Shown one piece after another: positions 1-8,319 of a DNA stretch of 64,000 nt. This DNA comes from Escherichia phage Esco_phi_B-01. Position numbers and translations under genes: made by a program. The stretch is taken from the sequence record OP292222.1; one strand, 5' to 3'. The first letter of the stretch is position 1, and the number at the start of each line of letters is the position of its first letter. The notes below the pieces were generated by a model that did not search any database, was not told the origin of the DNA, and worked only from the letters and a program-made list of their open reading frames with translations.

Positions 1-50
1 TGGCTTGTTTTAATGCCTTTGTTCAGCGTATCAAGAAAGAACGTAAAGAA

Positions 51-257
51 ATGGCAAAGAAATACAGCTACTTCGTCCATAACGTTTATGACGCTAATGA
101 CGACGACATGGTAGGTATCGCAGATGAAACTTTTATCCAGGATATTTACGACAAAATGACTCAGTACGAAACCTCTTTAGTTAAAGCGCCAGGGTCTGAT
201 AAGAGCGCCGAATCTAAAGTTGGTGAGCTGGATTTTTTATATGGAACTCAAGATTAA
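51..257 (+). CDS. hypothetical protein; frame is open upstream to the window edge, so this may be the 3' part of a longer gene
   Basis: ORF track; no in-frame stop between position 3 and the first ATG at 51. Confidence 0.4.
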   Translation: MAKKYSYFVHNVYDANDDDMVGIADETFIQDIYDKMTQYETSLVKAPGSDKSAESKVGELDFLYGTQD

Positions 258-468
258 CCTGGTAGGCCTTTTAGAAGAAGTAGATGGAGAGTATTCGGCA
301 ATTCCTTATGTTCTTAAAATGTATCTTAAGGATATTGCCAAGCTTCCTATTGTAATAGACCCAAAACACCCTGATTCGGTAGAAATTAAAGCTGAAAAAG
401 GAACATTAACTTATAACTATCACGTTACCGACGAAGATTTTTATATAAAACTGAATTACAAGGATTAA
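241..468 (+). CDS. hypothetical protein (75 aa)
   Basis: ORF track frame; track start at 220 is a TTG, first ATG is at 241. Confidence 0.4.
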   Translation: MELKINLVGLLEEVDGEYSAIPYVLKMYLKDIAKLPIVIDPKHPDSVEIKAEKGTLTYNYHVTDEDFYIKLNYKD

Positions 469-469
469 T

Positions 470-781
470 ATGCAAAGCACCGACATTTCTCAATTGACTG
501 AAGAGCAAATTGAAGAAGCCCAGAAGCGTTTAGAAGAGAATAATGCTAAAGAAGCCGCTTCTCAAGCTGCCAAAATTCTTAAAAAGAATGCCCGTGAAAT
601 TAAGCGTCTTAATACCCATGCTCAGGGCGCTGTTCTTGAAAACAATTTCGAAGCTTACAAATATGCTATAATTAAATTACGTGGTATTTACCGTCAACCA
701 ACTACTGACGAAATCGTTAGAGTTATGTGGGAAACTACGCGTAAACAGATTTGGGAAATTATCAATGGCGCTAGTAAATAA
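470..781 (+). CDS. hypothetical protein (103 aa), acidic/basic helical
   Basis: ORF track; RBS aaggatta 4 nt upstream of ATG. Confidence 0.55.
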   Translation: MQSTDISQLTEEQIEEAQKRLEENNAKEAASQAAKILKKNAREIKRLNTHAQGAVLENNFEAYKYAIIKLRGIYRQPTTDEIVRVMWETTRKQIWEIINGASK

Positions 782-1120
782 ACCCTTTAAACGGCTTCTT
801 ATTGGAGCCGCCTTCAGACTTCGCTCATACGGTAATATTTGTATTAAGCAGACTGAAACCGAATATAAAATGGTTGGGCAGTATTCCGATGAAATTTTTC
901 GGATTGAGCCTGTAGCCAAGGTTTGGGTGGATTCACATCAACTTAAGAAGTGGTGGCAACGATGATAACATGGACTGCCGGTTAATGAATGACGAATACG
1001 AAAAAGTTTAAGAGGTGTATTATGACTATTGATGATGTAGATATTCTTACTTCCGACGAATTAAAACGATTGGGTAATATATTTCAAGACGAACATCCTG
1101 ATTTTTAAGAGGTCATATGA

Positions 1121-1294
1121 ATGACGAATTCGACGGATTTTGATAAGATTAAATCTGACAAAAATGAGATGATACTTAAATTTGAAGCTGCTCGTATTAA
1201 AGCGGAAAATGAAGGTACTATTACCTATAAGCCTATCAAGTTCAGGTCTTCTCATGAACCTCTGTACGGGGTATTAATTGGTAAAGGAGCTTAG
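1121..1294 (+). CDS. small hypothetical protein (57 aa)
   Basis: ATG preceded by aagaggtc; stop codon lies inside the terminator hairpin at 1285-1306. Confidence 0.35.
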   Translation: MTNSTDFDKIKSDKNEMILKFEAARIKAENEGTITYKPIKFRSSHEPLYGVLIGKGA

Positions 1295-1306
1295 GCTCCT
1301 TTTTTG
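1285..1306 (+). terminator. intrinsic terminator (aggagc-ttag-gctcct + TTTTT)
   Basis: perfect 6-bp GC-rich stem followed by T run. Confidence 0.6.
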
Positions 1307-1334
1307 CTTTATATTCGGATGATAAAATGAATTT

Positions 1335-1952
1335 ATGAAATACATCACATACCTGACAATATATTCCGGGACTAAGCTTCCACCGTTTTATATAGGGTCC
1401 ACCACTTTAGAGAAGCATTTGAATGGATACCACGGAAGTGTCCTTTCTAAAGCGTATAAAGAAATCTATAAAAACGAGCTTTTAGAGCATCCTGAACTAT
1501 TTGACTCATGTATTGTAAGTGAACATCCCACAAGAGAAGAGGCTTTAGAAGCTGAAAGAATGTACCAGTTAAGAACTGATGCAGCTCAAAATCCTTTATT
1601 CTTTAATAGGGCTATTGCCGCCCCTAAAGGGTTCTTCGGGCTTTCGCTACCTAAAGAGCATCACCCTCTTTACGGCTCTCATAATGCCAAAGGGTATATT
1701 CATTCCTATAATCCTGTTACATTAGAACAGACCTTTGCACCTACGGTCCCTGAAGGATATGTAGAAGGTCGTTCTCCTAATTATAAAGCATCTAGTCACA
1801 ATAAGGGCAGGAAGTGGTATAATAACGGAATAGAACATAAACTGATTAATCCGTCTAATATTCCTGATGGATGGGTCAAAGGCAAACTTCCGGGCTCGGC
1901 TTCTAAAGCCGCCTCTAAAATGTGGGAACGAATACGTAATGAAAATTCTTAA
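1335..1952 (+). CDS. GIY-YIG family endonuclease-like protein (seg-like homing endonuclease candidate)
   Basis: N-terminal YLTIYSG...FYIGST motif followed by conserved R, E (EEALEAERMY) and N; basic C-terminal region; overlaps gene 47 start by 14 nt. Confidence 0.55.
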   Translation: MKYITYLTIYSGTKLPPFYIGSTTLEKHLNGYHGSVLSKAYKEIYKNELLEHPELFDSCIVSEHPTREEALEAERMYQLRTDAAQNPLFFNRAIAAPKGFFGLSLPKEHHPLYGSHNAKGYIHSYNPVTLEQTFAPTVPEGYVEGRSPNYKASSHNKGRKWYNNGIEHKLINPSNIPDGWVKGKLPGSASKAASKMWERIRNENS

Positions 1953-2961
1953 TACAGGCGACTGGCACCTTGGAGTTAAGAACGACGACCCTTGGGTCCA
2001 AAACATTCAATTGACCGGCATTAAAGATGCTATCAATTATTCTAAAGCAAATGGTATTACTGTATGGATTCAATACGGTGATATTTTTGATGTCCGTAAA
2101 GCCATTACTCATAAGTGTATGGAATTTGCTCGGCATATTTCAGATTTGCTTAAAACCAATGGCATCACCATGTATACCATTGTTGGTAACCATGATGCCC
2201 ACTACAAAAACACCCTAACTCCGAATGCTGCTTCTGAAGTTCTGGGTAAATATGACCATATCAAGGTTATTGAGAAACCTACTACGGTTAACTTTGATGG
2301 CACCGAAATTGATTTGATTCCATGGATGTGTGAAGAAAACACGACTGATATCATGGACCATATCAAAAATACCACAGCAGATTTCTGTATTGGTCATTGG
2401 GAATTAAATGGTTTCTATTTCTATAAAGGAATGAAATCTCACGGTTTAGAACCTGATTTCCTTAAAAAGTATAAGCAAGTTTGGTCAGGCCACTTCCATA
2501 CTATTTCTGATGCAGCAAACGTCAAGTACATTGGTACTCCATGGACCCTTACTGCAGGCGATGAGAACGACCCTCGTGGTTTCTGGATTTTCGATACCGA
2601 AACTCATAAAATGGATTTCATCATTAACGAAACCTGTTGGCATCGTAAGATTCATTATCCTAATGCGACTATCGATTACAAAGATTTTACAAATATCGCA
2701 GTTCGTGTTATAGTCGATAAAATCGATGACGGCCTTACTAAGTTTGAATCAGAACTTGAAAAGGTTGTTCACTCTTTACGTATTGTGTCTAAGGTAGATA
2801 ATAGTGTTGATATCGATGATTCTGAAGAGGAAGATGAAGTTAAATCCCTCTTGGATATGATGTATGATTATATCGACGCCCTTCCTGATGGCCACACTGA
2901 AGAAGACGTTAAAGCCCTTAAGACTATGGCCGCACAACTTTATAATGAGGTTACACGATGA
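1939..2961 (+). CDS. 47: gp47 recombination nuclease subunit (Mre11-like phosphoesterase)
   Basis: starts MKILNTGDWHLG, calcineurin-like motifs (GDWH, GNHD, GHxH); matches T4 gp47 in length and position. Confidence 0.9.
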   Translation: MKILNTGDWHLGVKNDDPWVQNIQLTGIKDAINYSKANGITVWIQYGDIFDVRKAITHKCMEFARHISDLLKTNGITMYTIVGNHDAHYKNTLTPNAASEVLGKYDHIKVIEKPTTVNFDGTEIDLIPWMCEENTTDIMDHIKNTTADFCIGHWELNGFYFYKGMKSHGLEPDFLKKYKQVWSGHFHTISDAANVKYIGTPWTLTAGDENDPRGFWIFDTETHKMDFIINETCWHRKIHYPNATIDYKDFTNIAVRVIVDKIDDGLTKFESELEKVVHSLRIVSKVDNSVDIDDSEEEDEVKSLLDMMYDYIDALPDGHTEEDVKALKTMAAQLYNEVTR

Positions 2962-3221
2962 CTTTAGATGAATTCAAAAAATCGGGACTTGAACTGGAAC
3001 ACGACTGTATAGTTATTGACGATGATGGCCAACCTAGTACAATTAAGTTCTGGTTTGAAGCCGTGAGCACTCGTGATACCGGCGAGCTTATTAAAGTTTA
3101 TGTTGCTACCGATTGGGCTGTAGAATTTAGCTTTAATGTAATGGTAGATGATACTCCAGAAACATTAATTCATATGGCTGAATCATGCATCAAGGATGCG
3201 TATAACGATGAAGACTTTTAA
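2958..3221 (+). CDS. hypothetical protein (87 aa)
   Basis: ORF track; ATGA start/stop overlap with gene 47. Confidence 0.5.
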   Translation: MTLDEFKKSGLELEHDCIVIDDDGQPSTIKFWFEAVSTRDTGELIKVYVATDWAVEFSFNVMVDDTPETLIHMAESCIKDAYNDEDF

Positions 3222-4890
3222 GTTAAAAAAAGTAACGTATAAAAATATTATGTCGGTAGGGCAGCAGCCCATTACAATCCAACTTGACAAGGTCCAAAAG
3301 ACCTTAGTCACTGGTAAAAATGGTGCAGGGAAATCAACATTCCTTGAAGCTGTAACATTTGCTCTGTTCGGTAAGCCTTTTCGTGATGTTAAGAAAGGGC
3401 AGTTGATTAACTCAAGTAACAAGAAAGACCTTTTGGTCGAACTGTGGATGGAATATGATGGCAAAGAATACTATATCAAACGCGGGCAAAAACCCAACGT
3501 TTTTGAAATCTCTTGTGACGGTGAACGTCTTGATGAATCTGCCAGCAGTAAAGACTTCCAAGCGGAATTTGAACAGCTTATCGGAATGTCCTATGCAAGC
3601 TTCAAACAAATTGTCGTACTCGGCACAGCTGGATATACCCCTTTTATGGGCCTATCCACTCCTGCAAGAAGAAAACTCGTCGAAGACCTCTTAGAGGTTT
3701 CTGTATTAGCGGATATGGATAAGTTAAACAAATCTTTGATTCGTGAGACTAATAGCCAAATCCAAGTAATAGACGTTAAGCAAGATTCTATTACCCAACA
3801 AATTAAAATTTATAATGACAACGAAGAACGTCAACGTAAATTATCTGGCGAAAACGCTGCCCGTCTACAATTAATGTATGATGAGCTCGTTAAAGAAGCC
3901 AGGACTGCGAAGGCGAGCATAGAATCCCTGACTGATGAATTACTCAATGTTATCGTAGATGATGACCCTAGCGACTCCATGAGTGACCTGAGTAATAAAG
4001 GATTTGCAATCAAAAATGATATGGCGACCTTTACAAAGGTGGTTAAGTTATACGAAACTGGTGGTCACTGCCCTACGTGTATGCAAGGGTTAGAAGAGCA
4101 TGGTAATATCCTTACTAAAATTAAGGATAAAAACTTTGAGCTTCAAAAATCTTTGGATAAGATTAATGAGCAATACCAAGAGCTCAAGCTCATTAAAGAC
4201 CAAGTAACCGAACAACGCAATAAAGCGTTGGCTATTAAATCTCAGATAGCTACTCATAAGCAGCAAGCCATTACTGCTGTAGAGAAAGCCAAAAAGGTTA
4301 AGGTATTAATTGACCAAGCAGCAGCTGAGTTCGTAAGTAATGCCGAAGAGATTGCTACGCTTCAAGCAGAGCTTGATAAAATCGTCTCTACCAAATCGTC
4401 CTTGGTAATGGAAAAATATCATCGTGGAATTCTGACAGAAATGTTGAAGGATACTGGTATTAAAGGTTCCATTATTAAGAAATACATTCCTATCTTTAAT
4501 AAGCAGATTAATTCTTATTTGAAGATTATGGAAGCGGACTACGTCTTTACCCTAGACGAAGAATTCAATGAGACGATTAAATCACGTGGACGTGAAGACT
4601 TTAGTTATGCTTCATTTTCACAGGGTGAGAAAGCACGTATTGATATAGCACTTCTTTTTACATGGCGCGATATTGCTTCTAAGGTATCAGGTGTTAATAT
4701 CAGCACGTTAATTCTTGATGAAGTTTTTGATAGTGCAACTGACGCTGAAGGCGTTAAGAGCATTGCAACCATCTTGAATAGCCTTGAGGATACGAACGTG
4801 TTCATTATCTCTCACCGAGACCATGACCCACAAGCTTATGGCCAACATCTTCAAATGAAGAAAGTTGGGCGATTCACGGTGTTAGAATGA
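3208..4890 (+). CDS. 46: gp46 recombination ATPase subunit (Rad50/SbcC-like)
   Basis: Walker A GKNGAGKST, coiled-coil middle with CPTC zinc hook, C-terminal LILDEVFD Walker B; start chosen at MKTFKL by alignment to T4. Confidence 0.9.
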   Translation: MKTFKLKKVTYKNIMSVGQQPITIQLDKVQKTLVTGKNGAGKSTFLEAVTFALFGKPFRDVKKGQLINSSNKKDLLVELWMEYDGKEYYIKRGQKPNVFEISCDGERLDESASSKDFQAEFEQLIGMSYASFKQIVVLGTAGYTPFMGLSTPARRKLVEDLLEVSVLADMDKLNKSLIRETNSQIQVIDVKQDSITQQIKIYNDNEERQRKLSGENAARLQLMYDELVKEARTAKASIESLTDELLNVIVDDDPSDSMSDLSNKGFAIKNDMATFTKVVKLYETGGHCPTCMQGLEEHGNILTKIKDKNFELQKSLDKINEQYQELKLIKDQVTEQRNKALAIKSQIATHKQQAITAVEKAKKVKVLIDQAAAEFVSNAEEIATLQAELDKIVSTKSSLVMEKYHRGILTEMLKDTGIKGSIIKKYIPIFNKQINSYLKIMEADYVFTLDEEFNETIKSRGREDFSYASFSQGEKARIDIALLFTWRDIASKVSGVNISTLILDEVFDSATDAEGVKSIATILNSLEDTNVFIISHRDHDPQAYGQHLQMKKVGRFTVLE

Positions 4891-5078
4891 GTGATTTTAT
4901 AACAGGCCAGCATTTGTTGGCCGTTCCAGAAATAAAGAGATATGTTTTAGTTAACAACTTCTCTGGAGACGAACATCTTGTTACTGAAGATTATCTCCAA
5001 AATGCTTTTAAGTCAGAATATGTTACAATAATGTCAAATAGAAATCCAGCATGGTTTGTCTATGAGTACTTTGATTAA
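4887..5078 (+). CDS. hypothetical protein (63 aa)
   Basis: ORF track; ATGA overlap with gene 46 stop. Confidence 0.5.
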   Translation: MSDFITGQHLLAVPEIKRYVLVNNFSGDEHLVTEDYLQNAFKSEYVTIMSNRNPAWFVYEYFD

Positions 5079-5080
5079 AT

Positions 5081-5104
5081 TGCTTTAAAATATTGATTTA
5101 TAAT
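5081..5104 (+). promoter_or_regulatory. MotA-dependent middle promoter (TGCTTTA - 11 nt - TATAAT)
   Basis: MotA-box consensus at 5081-5087 with a -10 hexamer at 5099-5104. Confidence 0.5.
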
Positions 5105-5134
5105 ACATTTACCAACTAAATGAGAGAAAATATT

Positions 5135-5554
5135 ATGTTTGCTACTTCTAATGGCGTTACCGTTAAAGATATCCAAGTTAAAACCATCCGTACTGATTCC
5201 AACCCACATAATCAGAACCGTATCCGTAAATCATGGGTACTGAATATTGATACCAACTCTGCACGCCGATTGCAGTCTCTTCCACAAGAAACCAAGTTTA
5301 TGCTGTACAGTATCATCGATAATGATGTATCTGATAAGTGGATTGAAATCATGCGTAAACACTTTAAAGATTCTTTGGCTGCAGGTGCTAAACTTGTTAT
5401 CGACCGCGACGGTTCTGAACGTTTAGAAGATGATTATTGCGTCGACCCTGATGAGCAGTTGCTTGAAGCCGGTTCTATTATTGCTTCCAAGATTCCAGAG
5501 TATATTGAATCTCTGCCTGAATCAATCCGTAAACAAATGATCGTAATTGCTTAA
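5135..5554 (+). CDS. rpbA: RpbA-like protein (name by position between genes 46 and 45)
   Basis: ORF track; RBS gagagaaaa; name is positional only, start could be 5120. Confidence 0.5.
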   Translation: MFATSNGVTVKDIQVKTIRTDSNPHNQNRIRKSWVLNIDTNSARRLQSLPQETKFMLYSIIDNDVSDKWIEIMRKHFKDSLAAGAKLVIDRDGSERLEDDYCVDPDEQLLEAGSIIASKIPEYIESLPESIRKQMIVIA

Positions 5555-5579
5555 TAATTTGACTTGATAAGGAAACATT

Positions 5580-6278
5580 ATGAAATTCTCTAAAGAAACC
5601 CTGAACATTCTTAAAAACTTCTCTGGTATTAACCCAGGCATTATGCTTAAACCAGGTAACACCATTCTGACCCGATCTGTTACCGGTGCAAGTTACGGTG
5701 AAGCTACTGTAAGTGATACCTTCGATATCGAAGCGGCAATCTATGATTTGAATGGCTTCTTAAGTATTCTGTCTTTGGTATCGGAAAGTGCTGAAGTTTC
5801 GGTAAGTGAAGACCAAACCACATTAATTATTAAAGACCAACGTTCAACAATTAAGTGGCCTATTGCTGACCCAAGCACAATCGCATTCCCAAGTAAAGCT
5901 ATTCCGTTCCCTGTGGCTGAAGTTATTTTCGACCTGAAAGCCGAAGATTATCAACAGTTGATGCGTGTGTCCTCCGGTCTGAGTATTGATACATTTGCAA
6001 TCACTGTAGACGATGGTAAAATTGTTATCAACGGTTATAAACAAGTCGACGATAAAGAATTAACTCGTCCATTGTATTCTCTGGTCGTGGCTGACCATGA
6101 TGGTCCTGACTTTAAGTTCATCATTAACAAAACCAATATGAAAATGATGCCTGCCGATTATCATGTGTTGTTATGGGCGCGCGGTGAAGGTCAGGATGCT
6201 CGATTTGCAGCTAAGTTTGAAGGTACACAAGCTTCTTACGTATTAGCTATGGAAGCAGGCTCAAGCCACTCGTTCTAA
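5580..6278 (+). CDS. 45: gp45 sliding clamp
   Basis: near full-length similarity to T4 gp45 ([25 protein letters not shown]... LLWARGEG). Confidence 0.93.
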   Translation: MKFSKETLNILKNFSGINPGIMLKPGNTILTRSVTGASYGEATVSDTFDIEAAIYDLNGFLSILSLVSESAEVSVSEDQTTLIIKDQRSTIKWPIADPSTIAFPSKAIPFPVAEVIFDLKAEDYQQLMRVSSGLSIDTFAITVDDGKIVINGYKQVDDKELTRPLYSLVVADHDGPDFKFIINKTNMKMMPADYHVLLWARGEGQDARFAAKFEGTQASYVLAMEAGSSHSF

Positions 6279-6284
6279 AGCATA

Positions 6285-6301
6285 GGGAGGAATTTCCTCC
6301 C
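6285..6301 (+). other. perfect 8-bp inverted repeat (gggaggaa t ttcctccc) without T run, upstream of gene 44
   Basis: seen directly; followed by ttggagtataat. Confidence 0.4.
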
Positions 6302-6339
6302 TTGGAGTATAATGTAAAAACAAACCTGAGGAAATTAAT

Positions 6340-7299
6340 ATGCTTACAGTAAATAATAATGAATTCATGTTCGAACAGAAATATCGTCCAGGTACTTTAT
6401 CTGAATGTATTCTGCCTGCTCATGATAAAGAAACTCTCCAAGCCATTGTTAATAAGGGCCTAATCCCTAACATTATCCTAGTCTCTGCTTCACCAGGCAC
6501 AGGTAAAACTACCGTGGCTAAAGCATTGTGTGCTGATACAAATTCAGACATGTTGTTTGTTAACGGTTCCGACTGTCGTATTGATTTCGTTCGTAACGAA
6601 CTTACTCGTTTTGCATCTTCTAAATCTATCGAAGGTAAACGTAAGGTAATTGTTATTGACGAATTCGACCGTGCTGGTGTTGCTGAAGCTCAACGCCACC
6701 TTCGTTCATTCTTAGAGGCCTATTCCTCAAACTGTTCTGTAATTATTACAGCAAACAATATTGATGGTATCATCGGTCCACTTCAATCCCGTTGTCGTGT
6801 AATTAAATTTGGTGAAGCCACTCCAGCTGACCAAACAGCCATGATGAAAGAAATGATTCATCGTGCCGTAGCAATTTGTAAAAACGAAAATATCGAAGTC
6901 GAAGACCTTAAAGTTATTGCTGCTTTAGTTAAACAAAACTTCCCTGACTTCCGTAAAACAGTTAACCAACTGGACCGTTATTCCTCAAGTGGTAAAATCG
7001 ATGCAGGCATTTTGAGTATTGTAATGAATACCAATTCGCCTATTGATGAAGTAGTGGCTGCACTGAAAGATAAAAACTTTAAAGAACTCCGTGCATTAGC
7101 TCCACGTCATGTCAATGATTATGCCAACTTTATTATGGCATTGGCTAACGAACTCTATGGTAAATTGCCTGGACCAAGCATTGTTAGAATGTATGAAATC
7201 GTCGGTGAAAATAACCAATACCACGGTATTGCTGCTAACCCAGAAATTCACCTGACTTATCTGTTTATCCAACTTGCTCTGGAGCTCCAATGGCTATAA
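6340..7299 (+). CDS. 44: gp44 clamp loader large subunit (AAA+)
   Basis: SPGTGKTT Walker A, VIDEFDR, SRC motif; 319 aa as in T4. Confidence 0.93.
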   Translation: MLTVNNNEFMFEQKYRPGTLSECILPAHDKETLQAIVNKGLIPNIILVSASPGTGKTTVAKALCADTNSDMLFVNGSDCRIDFVRNELTRFASSKSIEGKRKVIVIDEFDRAGVAEAQRHLRSFLEAYSSNCSVIITANNIDGIIGPLQSRCRVIKFGEATPADQTAMMKEMIHRAVAICKNENIEVEDLKVIAALVKQNFPDFRKTVNQLDRYSSSGKIDAGILSIVMNTNSPIDEVVAALKDKNFKELRALAPRHVNDYANFIMALANELYGKLPGPSIVRMYEIVGENNQYHGIAANPEIHLTYLFIQLALELQWL

Positions 7300-7862
7300 G
7301 TCTTTTTGATGATGACGTTGAACTGAATGAACATGAAGTTGCTTGGAAACAACGTAACGACGCTGCTATTCAAGCCTTGGCCGATTCATTTAAAGAAAAG
7401 GCTGAAAACGAATTGTTTGCCATTATGAACGATATCACATACGGTAAAAAACAACGTAACTTGGCTCAATCAGAAAACTATAATCAATTTTGGCTAGATA
7501 ATAGTTTGAGCCAGCACGTAGATTGCATTATGCAAGCCGCGATGGTTAACTGTCTTAAACTTGACGACCAAAGTCACTTCAATTATCTTTTACATGCTGT
7601 TCCTAAGGGTAAGAGATTTGGTAAATGGGCTAAGGCCCATGATGATGAAGTTAGTGTAGTTTTTATTACTCGTTTATTGATGAAATACCATTCAATTAAT
7701 AATGATGACGCTTATCGTTATCTCGAGACTTATAAAATTAAAGGCCATCTTCCGGCAATGCTTAAGAAGATGAAAGGGTTGGTTACGGACGAGTTCCTGA
7801 AATCCGTAACTAAAAATGTGAAAGAACAAAAAGATTTGAAAAAGAAAGCATTGGAATGGTAA
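7290..7862 (+). CDS. 62: gp62 clamp loader small subunit
   Basis: similarity to T4 gp62 (LNEHEVAW, C-terminal VKEQKDLKKKALEW); overlaps gene 44 end. Confidence 0.85.
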   Translation: MAISLFDDDVELNEHEVAWKQRNDAAIQALADSFKEKAENELFAIMNDITYGKKQRNLAQSENYNQFWLDNSLSQHVDCIMQAAMVNCLKLDDQSHFNYLLHAVPKGKRFGKWAKAHDDEVSVVFITRLLMKYHSINNDDAYRYLETYKIKGHLPAMLKKMKGLVTDEFLKSVTKNVKEQKDLKKKALEW

Positions 7863-7868
7863 ATTAAA

Positions 7869-8231
7869 ATGATTGAAATTACTCTGAAACAACCTGAAGA
7901 CTTCTTGAAAGTGAAAGAGACCCTAACTCGTATGGGTATCGCTAATAATAAAGAAAAGAAACTATATCAATCCTGTCACATTTTGCAAAAGCAAGGACGG
8001 TATTATATTGTCCACTTTAAAGAGATGTTGCGTATGGATGGCCGCCAGGTAGATATCGATGGTGAAGACTACCAACGCCGTGATTCCATAGCCCAGCTTC
8101 TTAAGGATTGGGGACTTATTGATATTGTAGACGATTCTGAATTGTTCGAAATTACTAATAATTTCCGTGTCATTTCATTTAAACAGAAAAATGACTGGGA
8201 ACTGCTGTCTAAGTATACGATTGGTAATTAA
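7869..8231 (+). CDS. regA: RegA translational repressor
   Basis: near-identical to T4 RegA N-terminus (MIEITLKQPEDFLKVKETLTRMGIANNKEK). Confidence 0.9.
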   Translation: MIEITLKQPEDFLKVKETLTRMGIANNKEKKLYQSCHILQKQGRYYIVHFKEMLRMDGRQVDIDGEDYQRRDSIAQLLKDWGLIDIVDDSELFEITNNFRVISFKQKNDWELLSKYTIGN

Positions 8232-8241
8232 GTTTAAGCAA

Positions 8242-8261
8242 AGGGACTTTGGTCCCTTTTT
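8242..8261 (+). terminator. intrinsic terminator after regA (agggac-tttg-gtccct + TTTTT)
   Basis: GC stem plus T run; followed by ttggagtataat. Confidence 0.55.
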
Positions 8262-8319
8262 GGAGTATAATTATTCATCAACAAACAAAAGACAATCACT
8301 CGTCTATAAAGGAAATGAA

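Noticed and set aside
220-222. TTG start proposed by the ORF track for the 220-468 ORF (also 25293 and 58964)
   Set aside because: The upstream portion overlaps the preceding gene and an in-frame ATG with better context follows; ATG starts were used.
8233-8238. GTTTAA as a -35 element for a gene 43 early promoter
   Set aside because: Spacing to the nearest -10 (8266-8271) is about 27 nt, incompatible with a sigma70-type promoter.
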